Source of the DNA: an uncultured bacterium
Lineage (GTDB): Bacteria; Fidelibacterota; Marinisomatia; Marinisomatales; TCS55
Reading direction: 5' to 3'
Assembly (NCBI GenBank): GCA_964538995.1
Contig: CAZIFK010000001.1
Coordinates: 5,827 to 69,826 of the forward strand
DNA: 64,000 nt
Position 1 is the stretch's first letter. Every line of letters starts with the position of its first letter. A program made the translations under genes and the position numbers. The notes beneath the pieces were generated by a model, which saw only the letters and a program-made list of their open reading frames with translations, was not told where the DNA came from and made no database searches. Below are positions 50,164-58,490 of the stretch, piece by piece.

Positions 50164-50249
50164 TCATTCTGAGCGCAGTGAAGAATCTAAAGTGCAAACA
50201 GACAATTAATGCTTTAGATCCTTCAGTCACTCTGCACAATCAGGATGAC
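50164..50249. repeat. 86-bp palindromic intergenic element, copy 2 of the same family
   Basis: TCATTCTGAGCGCAGTGAAGAATCTAAAGTGC...GCTTTAGATCCTTCAGTCACTCTGCACAATCAGGATGAC. It shares TCATYCTGA and GTGAAGRATCTMAAGTGC with copy 1. It abuts the DUF885 stop codon (50251). Confidence 0.8.
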
Positions 50250-50250
50250 G

Positions 50251-52005
50251 TTAGTCATCAATCATCATTTCTCGGATGTAGCGGATGGGAATGGAACCAT
50301 AAGATAGCAGTTCCTCATGGAATTTTTTCAAACGGAATTTATCGCCTTCCTGCTTTTTGTAATCCTCCAACAATTCCATAAATAAGAAATACCCGGTGAA
50401 ATATGTGGAGAGTTGCGTCGATGTCAACTGAGCGCGGCGCCACTTCCCTTCTGCTTCCGATTCTTCTTGGAATGTTTCATTAATCATGAAATTTAATGCT
50501 TCTTTTTTTGTCATCCGTCCGGCATGAATCTTTTGGTCGATGATGGCATTGGCAATACCCCGGAGCTTCCATTTTTTCTCCACCAAACTATAGCGTGGGT
50601 CTCCATCGCCCAATCCGGCATCCACCATCATGGATTCTGTATAATGAGCCCAACCTTCGATCATTACCCCGCTGCCGAAAACTGCCCTTACCAAAGACGG
50701 ATGGCGATTGGCATAATATAACTGTACATAATGCCCTGGTAACGCCTCATGTATGGATAGGATTTTCATGGAAATTGTATTGTATTCCTGTAGAAACGAT
50801 TCAGCCTGTTCATCAGTCCAGTCTTCCGGAATGGGGGAAACATTATAAAATGTGGGTAGGTTGCTCTCTAATGGCCCTGGTGATTGTAACGACGCACCAC
50901 TGACACCTCGCTGATATTCCGGTGTTTCCCGGATTTCCAGGGGTTTCGAATCATCAAGGGTAAGTAAATCATTATTCTTAATAAACTGTACCAGTTCATG
51001 GATGGATTCACGGGCTGCAGCCACAACTTGATCCCGCGGAGCATGATCTTCTGCAATGCGATCCAGCACCTTTCTGGTCATTTTTAATTTATTCTCATGG
51101 GAGTCTGTTTGTGGTGTTTTATCGAACCATTCAGTGTATAACGATTCAGTTAAAGCAAACATTTCATCTTGGACAACCCGTAAATGACCTTCAGCCTTGG
51201 CAAAAACTTCTTTTGCTGATATTCCTTCCTGCAATGTATGAAATAGTTTCTTTTCATATAAATCCGGGCCGAGTCTGAAATTCCGAAACGAATTATCATT
51301 TTGATGACTTTCCAAGAAACCAACAAATTCATCAATAGCCTGTTTGGCTAATTGGGCGTTATGCTCAAAATTCTTACGGTAGTCATCTTTCAACAGGGAT
51401 GCCATTTCGGGTATAGATGAACTAAACATCCCCGCCAAACCTTTTGCTTGTTTAACGGCCGTTTCTAAATGAGGTTTAGGAAATTCAATTAAATTCTCTT
51501 GTGCTTGTGACAAGAATTCAGATGTTGCCAAAAAACGTAGAGATAAATTCTCCGCTCGTTTTTCAATCGGGGCAAAATCATATGCCAACAGGCTTTCAAA
51601 TGCATACCCCAGACTCCACAAATAATCCAATGGATTCCATGAAAAGCTCTTAAGTTCATCCAAGTTAAATAAACTGGATTCAATCATATCAATGAGAATC
51701 TGCCGGTCTATGCGGTCATTATCATTCAGTTTTCCACCATCAATTTCTTCCAGATCAGCTTTGAAGTTGATTAAATGCTGGAATTCTGAATTTCTGACAT
51801 TGGGGCTAATATCAGGCAATTTATCATCGTAATCATGGATGCCAATCCATGTGGCCGTCGTTGGATTATTAGCAAAATACCAATCCATAAAATCATCACG
51901 GATGGTATGAAATCGAAACGTACCCGCATTCATCATAATAAAATAAATGGTTAATGCCACAAAGGCGGTGATGAAAATAACGTATTTTAGTGGAGTTTGG
52001 CCCAT
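50251..52005 (-). CDS. DUF885-family protein (putative metalloprotein, N-terminal membrane anchor)
   Basis: [10 protein letters not shown] and the downstream EGWAHY motif are the DUF885 signature as I recall it. Confidence 0.75.
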   Translation of the reverse strand: MGQTPLKYVIFITAFVALTIYFIMMNAGTFRFHTIRDDFMDWYFANNPTTATWIGIHDYDDKLPDISPNVRNSEFQHLINFKADLEEIDGGKLNDNDRIDRQILIDMIESSLFNLDELKSFSWNPLDYLWSLGYAFESLLAYDFAPIEKRAENLSLRFLATSEFLSQAQENLIEFPKPHLETAVKQAKGLAGMFSSSIPEMASLLKDDYRKNFEHNAQLAKQAIDEFVGFLESHQNDNSFRNFRLGPDLYEKKLFHTLQEGISAKEVFAKAEGHLRVVQDEMFALTESLYTEWFDKTPQTDSHENKLKMTRKVLDRIAEDHAPRDQVVAAARESIHELVQFIKNNDLLTLDDSKPLEIRETPEYQRGVSGASLQSPGPLESNLPTFYNVSPIPEDWTDEQAESFLQEYNTISMKILSIHEALPGHYVQLYYANRHPSLVRAVFGSGVMIEGWAHYTESMMVDAGLGDGDPRYSLVEKKWKLRGIANAIIDQKIHAGRMTKKEALNFMINETFQEESEAEGKWRRAQLTSTQLSTYFTGYFLFMELLEDYKKQEGDKFRLKKFHEELLSYGSIPIRYIREMMIDD

Positions 52006-52053
52006 CTTCCTGCTGTGAAATTAATTTCAGAGTTTGCAAATTCCTACAGTGCC

Positions 52054-54198
52054 ATGCAATATGTTAAAACGATATGTGTTATACTGTGCATACTCACTTT
52101 CGCGGCGTGCTCAGGTAAAGGGAGTGAGAAAAAATTGAACCGTTTAGCCAACGAACAAAGTCCTTATCTCCTTCAGCACGCCGATAACCCGGTAGACTGG
52201 TTCCCTTGGGGAGATGAAGCATTTGCCAAAGCACACGCAGAGGATAAACCTATTTTTCTCTCTATCGGCTATTCCACCTGTCACTGGTGTCACGTCATGG
52301 AGCGTGAATCATTTGAGGATGACAGCGTAGCCAAGTTGATGAATGATTGGTTCGTCTGCATTAAAGTGGATCGGGAAGAACTCCCGGAAATTGACCATGT
52401 GTATATGTCTGTCTGTCAGGCTATGACCGGCAGCGGTGGTTGGCCCCTTACGATTATTATGACGCCGGATAAAGAACCATTCTTCGCCGGTACGTATTTC
52501 CCCAAAGATCGTAGAAGCAATAGACCCGGCATGCTCCAACTCCTCCCCATGATTCATGATACCTGGACAAATAAACGTGCTGAAATTTTTAAATCAGTTG
52601 ACCAAGTCAAATCATATCTTGTCCGTTCCAACACGCGGGAGTTAGGCAAAGGAATTAGTGAAACAATACTTGAGACGGCTTATGATGATTTTGTAAAACG
52701 CTTTGATAAAGAAATGGGCGGTTTTGGAAGGGCTCCAAAATTTCCTTCACCCCATAATTTGATTTATTTACTCCGTTACTATTATAACACAAAAAATCAA
52801 AATGCTCTGCTCATGGTTGAATCAACATTAAAAAATATGCGGTTAGGCGGTATTTTTGATCATATTGGTTTTGGATTCCATCGTTATTCGACTGATAAAA
52901 AATGGCTTGTTCCTCACTTTGAGAAAATGCTCTATGACCAAGCATTACTGGCCATGGCGTATTCAGAAGCATACCAGATTACCAAGAATGAATTCTACGC
53001 ACGAACAACTCGAGAAATCTTCACTTATGTTCTCCGGGATATGACCAGCCCAAAAGGCGGATTTTACTCTGCGGAAGATGCCGATAGTGAAGGTGAGGAA
53101 GGAAAATTTTATATTTGGACAGATAAAGAAATTATTGATGTTCTTGGAGAGAAAGATGGCTTAACATACAACTCCATTTTCAATATAAACCCCAACGGGA
53201 ATTTTCATGATGAAGCATCTGGGCTGGAAACGGGTCATAATATTCTCCATTTAAAAAAACGAGTTAAAACCATCGCTTTAAACATGGATATGACATCAGA
53301 TGAACTGTATGTAAAGATCGAAAACTGGCGACAAAAATTGTTTGAAACACGTGAGAAAAGAATCCATCCTTTAATAGATGATAAAATACTCACAGATTGG
53401 AATGGGCTTATGATCGCCGCTCTAGCTAAAAGCAGTGTTGCTTTGAATGATCCCACGTATACTCAAGCTGCACAGAAAGCCACTGATTTTGTATTGAAAG
53501 ATTTAAGAGGCGACAATGGTCGTTTGTTCAAACGTCATCGCAATGGAATTTCTTCCCTGGACGCTCATCTAGATGATTATGCCTTTATGATCTGGGGACT
53601 GTTAGAACTGTATGAGGCTAACTTTAATACCGCAAACCTCGCTGCGGCCATTGACCTAGCTGAAATCATGATAATGGATTTCTGGAATGATGATGCCGGT
53701 GGTTTTTATTTAGGCGCTGATCATGCTGAAAAGCTTATCGTCCGATCCATGACATCTTATGACGGCGCCATTCCTTCAGGTAATTCAGTAGCTGTTGGAG
53801 TATTAAATAGACTAGCACGAATAACCGGTAATATGGATTTATTGGATAAAGCAGACAATATACTGCGGACTTTCCAACGGGATTTGGATCGCATTCCCTC
53901 AAGCCACACCCACATGCTAACGGGCTATATGTTTGGGTTGGATGCTAAAGAAGTGGCTGTGGTTGGAGATCATAGTACTGAAACACAAACATTCCTTCAA
54001 TCAATCAGCCACTCTTATAACCCCAACCGGGTTATATTATTTAAAAATGTAAATGAAACAGATATATCAAAAGTTGCTCCTTGGACAGAAACTCAAACGA
54101 TGCTTGAAGGAAAACCGACTGCTTACGTCTGCAAAAACTTTGCTTGTAATCAACCCACGAATAATCTTGAATTGGCTTTGAAGCAGCTTGAAGAATAA
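52054..54198 (+). CDS. thioredoxin-domain plus (alpha/alpha)6-barrel protein, YyaL/SSP411 (DUF255) family, lipoprotein
   Basis: [18 protein letters not shown] and [18 protein letters not shown]. Long C-terminal N-acylglucosamine-epimerase-like region. The track start at 51997 is TTG; the ATG at 52054 gives a signal peptide plus lipobox (LTFAAC-SG). Confidence 0.85.
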   Translation: MQYVKTICVILCILTFAACSGKGSEKKLNRLANEQSPYLLQHADNPVDWFPWGDEAFAKAHAEDKPIFLSIGYSTCHWCHVMERESFEDDSVAKLMNDWFVCIKVDREELPEIDHVYMSVCQAMTGSGGWPLTIIMTPDKEPFFAGTYFPKDRRSNRPGMLQLLPMIHDTWTNKRAEIFKSVDQVKSYLVRSNTRELGKGISETILETAYDDFVKRFDKEMGGFGRAPKFPSPHNLIYLLRYYYNTKNQNALLMVESTLKNMRLGGIFDHIGFGFHRYSTDKKWLVPHFEKMLYDQALLAMAYSEAYQITKNEFYARTTREIFTYVLRDMTSPKGGFYSAEDADSEGEEGKFYIWTDKEIIDVLGEKDGLTYNSIFNINPNGNFHDEASGLETGHNILHLKKRVKTIALNMDMTSDELYVKIENWRQKLFETREKRIHPLIDDKILTDWNGLMIAALAKSSVALNDPTYTQAAQKATDFVLKDLRGDNGRLFKRHRNGISSLDAHLDDYAFMIWGLLELYEANFNTANLAAAIDLAEIMIMDFWNDDAGGFYLGADHAEKLIVRSMTSYDGAIPSGNSVAVGVLNRLARITGNMDLLDKADNILRTFQRDLDRIPSSHTHMLTGYMFGLDAKEVAVVGDHSTETQTFLQSISHSYNPNRVILFKNVNETDISKVAPWTETQTMLEGKPTAYVCKNFACNQPTNNLELALKQLEE

Positions 54199-54370
54199 AC
54201 CTCTATCAGAACAATTGGGCTCTGCCCTGGCTAACATTCAAGATCTTTTTGATACAATTGCCAAAGTCTTCTTTAAACGATTGAAAGATAAACCGGGGAC
54301 AGGTTTCTTTTCTAAAATCGGTGACTCCTATTATAAATCCTATGAGGATGCAAAACGGAAAACTGAAGAT

Positions 54371-54418
54371 TGACCATTTGTGCACTGATAGGTTCAGGCT
54401 AAATTCCCCGCCTTATGA
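54371..54418 (+). promoter_or_regulatory. 48-bp conserved upstream element, copy A (sigma70-like TTGTGC-16-TAAATT inside)
   Basis: TGACCATTTGTGCACTGATAGGTTCAGGCTAAATTCCCCGCCTTATGA. About 38/48 identical to 55321-55368 by my hand alignment. It ends 22 nt before the ROK gene ATG. Confidence 0.5.
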
Positions 54419-54440
54419 TTTTAATCTGGAATCAAAACGT

Positions 54441-55295
54441 ATGATTGAACCAAATATTTCTGTTCTTGGGATTGACATGGGCGGTACAAAAATAAAAGCC
54501 GGTCTAGTCAAAAATGGTTTACTGGAAACAACCCAAACAACTACAGCAAATTCATCCGGTACAGAATCTGAAGTATTAGAGAAACTATTTGAGTTGATTC
54601 ATCATTTCGATTCGAATAAATATTCCGCTATCGGAGTAGGTGTTCCCAGTGTGGTTGATATAAAATATGGAATTGTGTACAACGTCCAGAATATCCCGTC
54701 GTGGAAGGAAGTCCATCTGAAATCAATCTTGGAAAACAAGTTCAATGTTCCTGTTTTCCTAAATAATGATGCTAACGTTTTCGTTTTAGGAGAAAAGTAT
54801 TTCGGTAAAGGAAAACCCTATGACAATATTGCCGGTGTGACACTTGGGACTGGATTGGGCACAGGGTTAGTATTAAACGGTCATTTGTTTTGTGGTAAAA
54901 ACTGCAGCGCTGGAGAATTTGGAAATATTCAGTACGAGGATGGTGTTATTGAAAACTACAGCAGTGGCCAGTTTTTCAAAAACGACTGTGGTTTGTCCGG
55001 TGAAGAAGTTTTCAAAAAAGCCAATACCGGGGATCAAAATGCATTAAGAATATTCAGTGAATATGGCTATCATCTGGGTAATGCTGTGAAAACCATTGTT
55101 TATGCCGTGGATCCGGAAATCATTATATTTGGTGGTTCTGTGGCAAAAGCATTTGAATTTTTTAAAGAAAGTCTTTTAAAACAATTCCACACACTTGTTT
55201 TCCCTAAAACGGCAGAAAAACTGATCATCACAGTTTCTAATACAAAGGATGTTGCAGTTCTGGGAGCTGCGGCACTTTCGTATGAAAATGGATAA
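54441..55295 (+). CDS. ROK-family sugar kinase (glucokinase-like)
   Basis: VLGIDMGGTKIKAG (phosphate-1), FLNNDANVFVLGE, AGVTLGTGLGTGL and GEFG. The track start at 54321 is GTG; the ATG at 54441 places the DxGGT motif at the usual distance from the N-terminus. Confidence 0.8.
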   Translation: MIEPNISVLGIDMGGTKIKAGLVKNGLLETTQTTTANSSGTESEVLEKLFELIHHFDSNKYSAIGVGVPSVVDIKYGIVYNVQNIPSWKEVHLKSILENKFNVPVFLNNDANVFVLGEKYFGKGKPYDNIAGVTLGTGLGTGLVLNGHLFCGKNCSAGEFGNIQYEDGVIENYSSGQFFKNDCGLSGEEVFKKANTGDQNALRIFSEYGYHLGNAVKTIVYAVDPEIIIFGGSVAKAFEFFKESLLKQFHTLVFPKTAEKLIITVSNTKDVAVLGAAALSYENG

Positions 55296-55320
55296 AATCA
55301 TTCCAACACCTGAATTTATT

Positions 55321-55368
55321 TGATCATTTGCGAACTTACTAGTTCAGGCTAAATTCCGCGTCTAATGA
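55321..55368 (+). promoter_or_regulatory. 48-bp conserved upstream element, copy B (TTGCGA-16-TAAATT inside)
   Basis: TGATCATTTGCGAACTTACTAGTTCAGGCTAAATTCCGCGTCTAATGA, 63 nt upstream of the DAACS transporter ATG. Confidence 0.5.
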
Positions 55369-55430
55369 AACGATACTAGTATACATAAATGTTTATAATT
55401 CTAACTATTAACTAAACCAACACACTGATT

Positions 55431-56672
55431 ATGAAAAAACTGAAACTTCACTGGCGCGTATTAATTGCCATGGCTTTGGGTACTATTTTTGCCCTGATTT
55501 TTAAAGAAAATTCCCTTTTTGTTGCACCGTTAGGAACAATATTCATGCGTTTATTGAAAATGATCATCGTTCCGCTAATTCTCTTTTCCATTACTTCCGG
55601 AGTTGCCAGTTTAGGCGACAGCAAAACATTAGGACGAATGGGAGCGAAAACATTTGTATACTATTTTGCAACTTCCATTTTTGCCATTCTTGTCGGATTA
55701 TTTTTAACCAATATCATCCAGCCTGGGGTAGGTGTTGAAATTTCCAGTTCAGTTCAATCATTTGATCCAAGCTCTTTGCAAAAACCATCATCTCTTGGGG
55801 GAATTATCATTCGTATGATTCCGCTAAACCCGATTTCAGCCATGGCTAACGGAGATATTTTAGGTGTCATTTTTTGGTCAATCGTTTTTGGGTTTGCAAT
55901 TACACGACTATCTGGTCGACCCCAGGAAATGCTGACTCATTTCTTCGACTATGGCTTTCAAGCCATGATGAAACTCACACATGGCATTATTGCACTTTTA
56001 CCCATTGGCGTTTTTGGATTAATTACAAAAGCGGTGGCCACAACCGGTTTTGAATTGTTTAGAGCAGTCGGGTTATATATGATCACAATCTTGACAGGTT
56101 TGATGATACACTGGTTGATAACGCTACCTATCATTTTCTATCTGTTCACACGCATTAATCCAATCAAGCATTTCAAAGCAATGGCTCCGGCGTTTATGAC
56201 AGCATTTTCTACTAGCTCGTCTGGAGCAACTCTTCCTGTTACAATGGATTGTGTTGAAAATGAAGTGGGCGTTTCGAATAAAACAACTAGTTTTGTACTA
56301 CCCTTGGGTGCAACCATTAATATGGACGGAACTGCATTATATGAATGCGCTGGTGTTTTATTTATTGCCCAGGCAATCGGTTTCGACCTGACTATTGCAC
56401 AACAGTTTGTTATTGTATTGACTGCCTTTTTAGCATCGGTGGGCGCTGCAGCCATCCCATCAGCAGGGTTGGTAATGATTTTTGTCGTATTAGATGCCGT
56501 TGGAATTAGTGATCATCCTGATGTAGCTATTATTGTGGGTACCATGCTGGCAGTGGACCGTCCTTTGGATATGCTTAGAACGATGGTCAATGTAACCAGT
56601 GACAGCATCGGAGCTGTTGTTATTGCTAAAAGTGAAGGCGAAACAGATCTCTATCCCGATAAAAAGAAATAA
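55431..56672 (+). CDS. dicarboxylate/amino acid:cation symporter (DAACS, GltP-like)
   Basis: FSTSSSGATLPV, GATINMDGTALYE and VDRPLDMLRTMVNVTSD are DAACS hallmark motifs. Confidence 0.85.
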   Translation: MKKLKLHWRVLIAMALGTIFALIFKENSLFVAPLGTIFMRLLKMIIVPLILFSITSGVASLGDSKTLGRMGAKTFVYYFATSIFAILVGLFLTNIIQPGVGVEISSSVQSFDPSSLQKPSSLGGIIIRMIPLNPISAMANGDILGVIFWSIVFGFAITRLSGRPQEMLTHFFDYGFQAMMKLTHGIIALLPIGVFGLITKAVATTGFELFRAVGLYMITILTGLMIHWLITLPIIFYLFTRINPIKHFKAMAPAFMTAFSTSSSGATLPVTMDCVENEVGVSNKTTSFVLPLGATINMDGTALYECAGVLFIAQAIGFDLTIAQQFVIVLTAFLASVGAAAIPSAGLVMIFVVLDAVGISDHPDVAIIVGTMLAVDRPLDMLRTMVNVTSDSIGAVVIAKSEGETDLYPDKKK

Positions 56673-56704
56673 CTTTTGTAACTATTCAGGTTTTTTTAAT
56701 GTGC

Positions 56705-56795
56705 GACGAGCATCCTTGCTTGTCGGTTTTTGGCATTACTTGTCGACTTTTTCGTATTTAAGTGAACGCATTTACGACAAGCAAGGAAGCTCGTC
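56705..56795. other. long-range inverted repeat (21-nt arms, 20/21 complementary, 49-nt spacer) in a gene-less 536-bp region
   Basis: GACGAGCATCCTTGCTTGTCG (56705-56725) versus CGACAAGCAAGGAAGCTCGTC (56775-56795). Read directly. Confidence 0.6.
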
Positions 56796-57091
56796 TGCCT
56801 TTGGCATGGCATATCGTACAATGTCCGAATAGAAACTAACTTTTCTTTATTCCAATGGAAATAAGTGTTGAAAACTGAACGAGCATCAGATAAATTCATA
56901 CTAGCTTTTTAACAATTCCCGCTTGAGACACGTTATTTCAGGATCTTCAATAAATTGCCCTTGGAGGCTAACTCTGTCGGCAAAAAACAGGCCTTTTCTG
57001 ATAAGTATCGGGATGAAGGAAGTTTGCTGTTGGTGGGAGGCCGCCACTCATGTTAAACATGATCCTGAAAAACACTCAATGCGGGATATTT

Positions 57092-57127
57092 AAAAACCCC
57101 GGCTTTTAGAAAAATGCCGGGGTTTTT
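57092..57127. terminator. strong bidirectional rho-independent terminator
   Basis: AAAAACCCCGGC-ttttagaaaaat-GCCGGGGTTTTT: a 7-bp GC-rich core stem extended by A/T runs on both sides, 82 nt downstream of the DnaB-like gene stop. Confidence 0.85.
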
Positions 57128-57208
57128 ATTTATAACAATTGGAGGGAACAAAAATGTGAATGAATGAGTGATTGATTGGATGATTAGATAGGTTTTTGAG
57201 ATATTCAA

Positions 57209-58195
57209 TTACTCAAATCTTGCATATTTTTCTACGAACTTTAAATTTACATATCCGGTTGGACCGTTTCGGCTTTTTGCTATGATTACCTCTGCCTTCC
57301 CCCTGTCAGTTTCATCAAGAGTATCTATCCATGGACGATAAAGAAGCATGATTGTATCGGCAGATTCTTCAATTTCAACCGCATGGTGAAAGTCACTCAA
57401 TACCGGTCGTTTGTTTTTTCGATCTTCGGGTTTTCGTGTTAATGAGGATGTAACGATAACAGGTATTTCCAGTTCTACTGCCATCTGTTTTAATAAATGA
57501 TAGGTAAGTTGTTGTGCATCTCGTTTTTGGATTGCTTGATTATTATCAATAATCAGAAGTTTAATATCGTGTTCTGCTTTCAGTCGTATGGCGTTATGTT
57601 TCATCTTCAGAGATGATAAAGATATCGTATCATCAATGAAAATTGAAGTTTCACCCAGCGTAGCCATACTCGATGTAAAAGCTTTCCATTTTGATTTTGC
57701 AAGTTTTCCTGTCCTTACTAAGTGTGTATCCACTTTTGCTTCCATGCACAATAAACGAAAAGCAATCTGTGTACTGGTCAAGTCCATAGAAAAAAATCCT
57801 ATGGGTACTTTTTCAACTACTGCTGCATGTCGCATAATGGTTAAAGCTAAAGCCGTTTTTCCCATACCCGGACTGCCTCCTATTATGTAAAGGTTCCCGG
57901 CATCGAGTCCGCAAAGCATTTCATCCAATTCCAGCAAACCGGTAGTTAAGTATGTTGGCTCTTGTTTCCCTGAATGTACTTCATTCAGTATTTCAATAAC
58001 TTGATTCAAATGTAAATCAATATGTTCAAAGCCTGTTTTGAGTCCATCCGTGTATAGCATCAAAAGTGACCTTTCAGCCTTCATCAAAGCTTGGTCATAG
58101 GAAAGTTTCTTATCAGCGGATATTGTTAATATATCCTCGCCAACCTGTTTAAGTTTTTCTCTTAATTCTTTTTCTGTTGGTTTTGATTTACTCAT
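57209..58195 (-). CDS. DnaB-family RecA-like ATPase, C-terminal domain plus linker only, with divergent catalytic motifs
   Basis: LTTGLLELDEMLCGLDAGNLYIIGGSPGMGKTALAL (Walker A), FSMDLT, LLIIDNNQ (Walker B), SSLTR, KRPVLSDFHHAVEIEESAD and IAKSRNGPTG. Only ~85 aa precede the ATPase core. AGGAG SD 6 nt before the ATG. Confidence 0.8.
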   Translation of the reverse strand: MSKSKPTEKELREKLKQVGEDILTISADKKLSYDQALMKAERSLLMLYTDGLKTGFEHIDLHLNQVIEILNEVHSGKQEPTYLTTGLLELDEMLCGLDAGNLYIIGGSPGMGKTALALTIMRHAAVVEKVPIGFFSMDLTSTQIAFRLLCMEAKVDTHLVRTGKLAKSKWKAFTSSMATLGETSIFIDDTISLSSLKMKHNAIRLKAEHDIKLLIIDNNQAIQKRDAQQLTYHLLKQMAVELEIPVIVTSSLTRKPEDRKNKRPVLSDFHHAVEIEESADTIMLLYRPWIDTLDETDRGKAEVIIAKSRNGPTGYVNLKFVEKYARFE

Positions 58196-58222
58196 ATCTT
58201 ACTCCTGTGTTTGCCTTATATT

Positions 58223-58477
58223 TTATGAGTTTGATTTATATGCTTTAACTAACTCCAATATCGATTTCAATGCCAATTCTGAATATTGTTCGATTGCCGT
58301 GAGCAAATGAGTGTCCATACAAGATTCGATCATATAATTGTTCAAACATTCCATTTTTTTAATATCAATGGTAGTAGACGTAATTTTCATTTCCATTTCA
58401 TTATGGTATGTTTCCATTGCTTCATTCTGAACTTTATCCCAAATAACCAGTTTCCGCTGTAGTTCTTTAAATTGCAT
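58223..58477 (-). CDS. 84-aa hypothetical protein (helical), middle gene of the operon
   Basis: The ATG at 58475-58477 is preceded by AAGAGGA (6-nt spacer), which starts right after the TAA of the AAA+ gene. The longer track ORF (to 58552) would overlap the AAA+ gene. No motif recognised. Confidence 0.55.
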   Translation of the reverse strand: MQFKELQRKLVIWDKVQNEAMETYHNEMEMKITSTTIDIKKMECLNNYMIESCMDTHLLTAIEQYSELALKSILELVKAYKSNS

Positions 58478-58490
58478 GAGAGATCCTCTT

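Noticed and set aside
54188-54373. 61-aa ORF between the YyaL-like gene and the ROK gene
   Set aside because: It begins with TTG inside the stop region of the upstream gene, has no internal ATG and no SD, and has a low-complexity Lys/Asp-rich composition. It is probably non-coding. Its end coincides with the start of the conserved 48-bp element.
56915-56985. TPP-riboswitch-like string (CTTGAGA ... GGATCTTCAATAAATTGCCCTTGGAGG resembles CUGAGA ... GAUCUGGAUAAUGCCAGCGUAGGGA)
   Set aside because: The P4/P5 helices cannot be formed (no CUGG/CCAG-type pairing), and no plus-strand gene follows that it could regulate.
57005-57050. SRP (4.5S) RNA because of GAAGGAAG
   Set aside because: The surrounding sequence does not reproduce the conserved domain IV (GGUCCGGAAGGAAGCAGCC ... 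symmetric loop), and no closing helix is evident.
57209-58195. Annotating this gene as the replicative helicase dnaB
   Set aside because: It lacks the ~150-aa N-terminal domain and has non-canonical Walker B, SQLSR and SDLRESG motifs. It also sits in an operon with an AAA+ ATPase in an accessory-looking block. I call it DnaB-like only.
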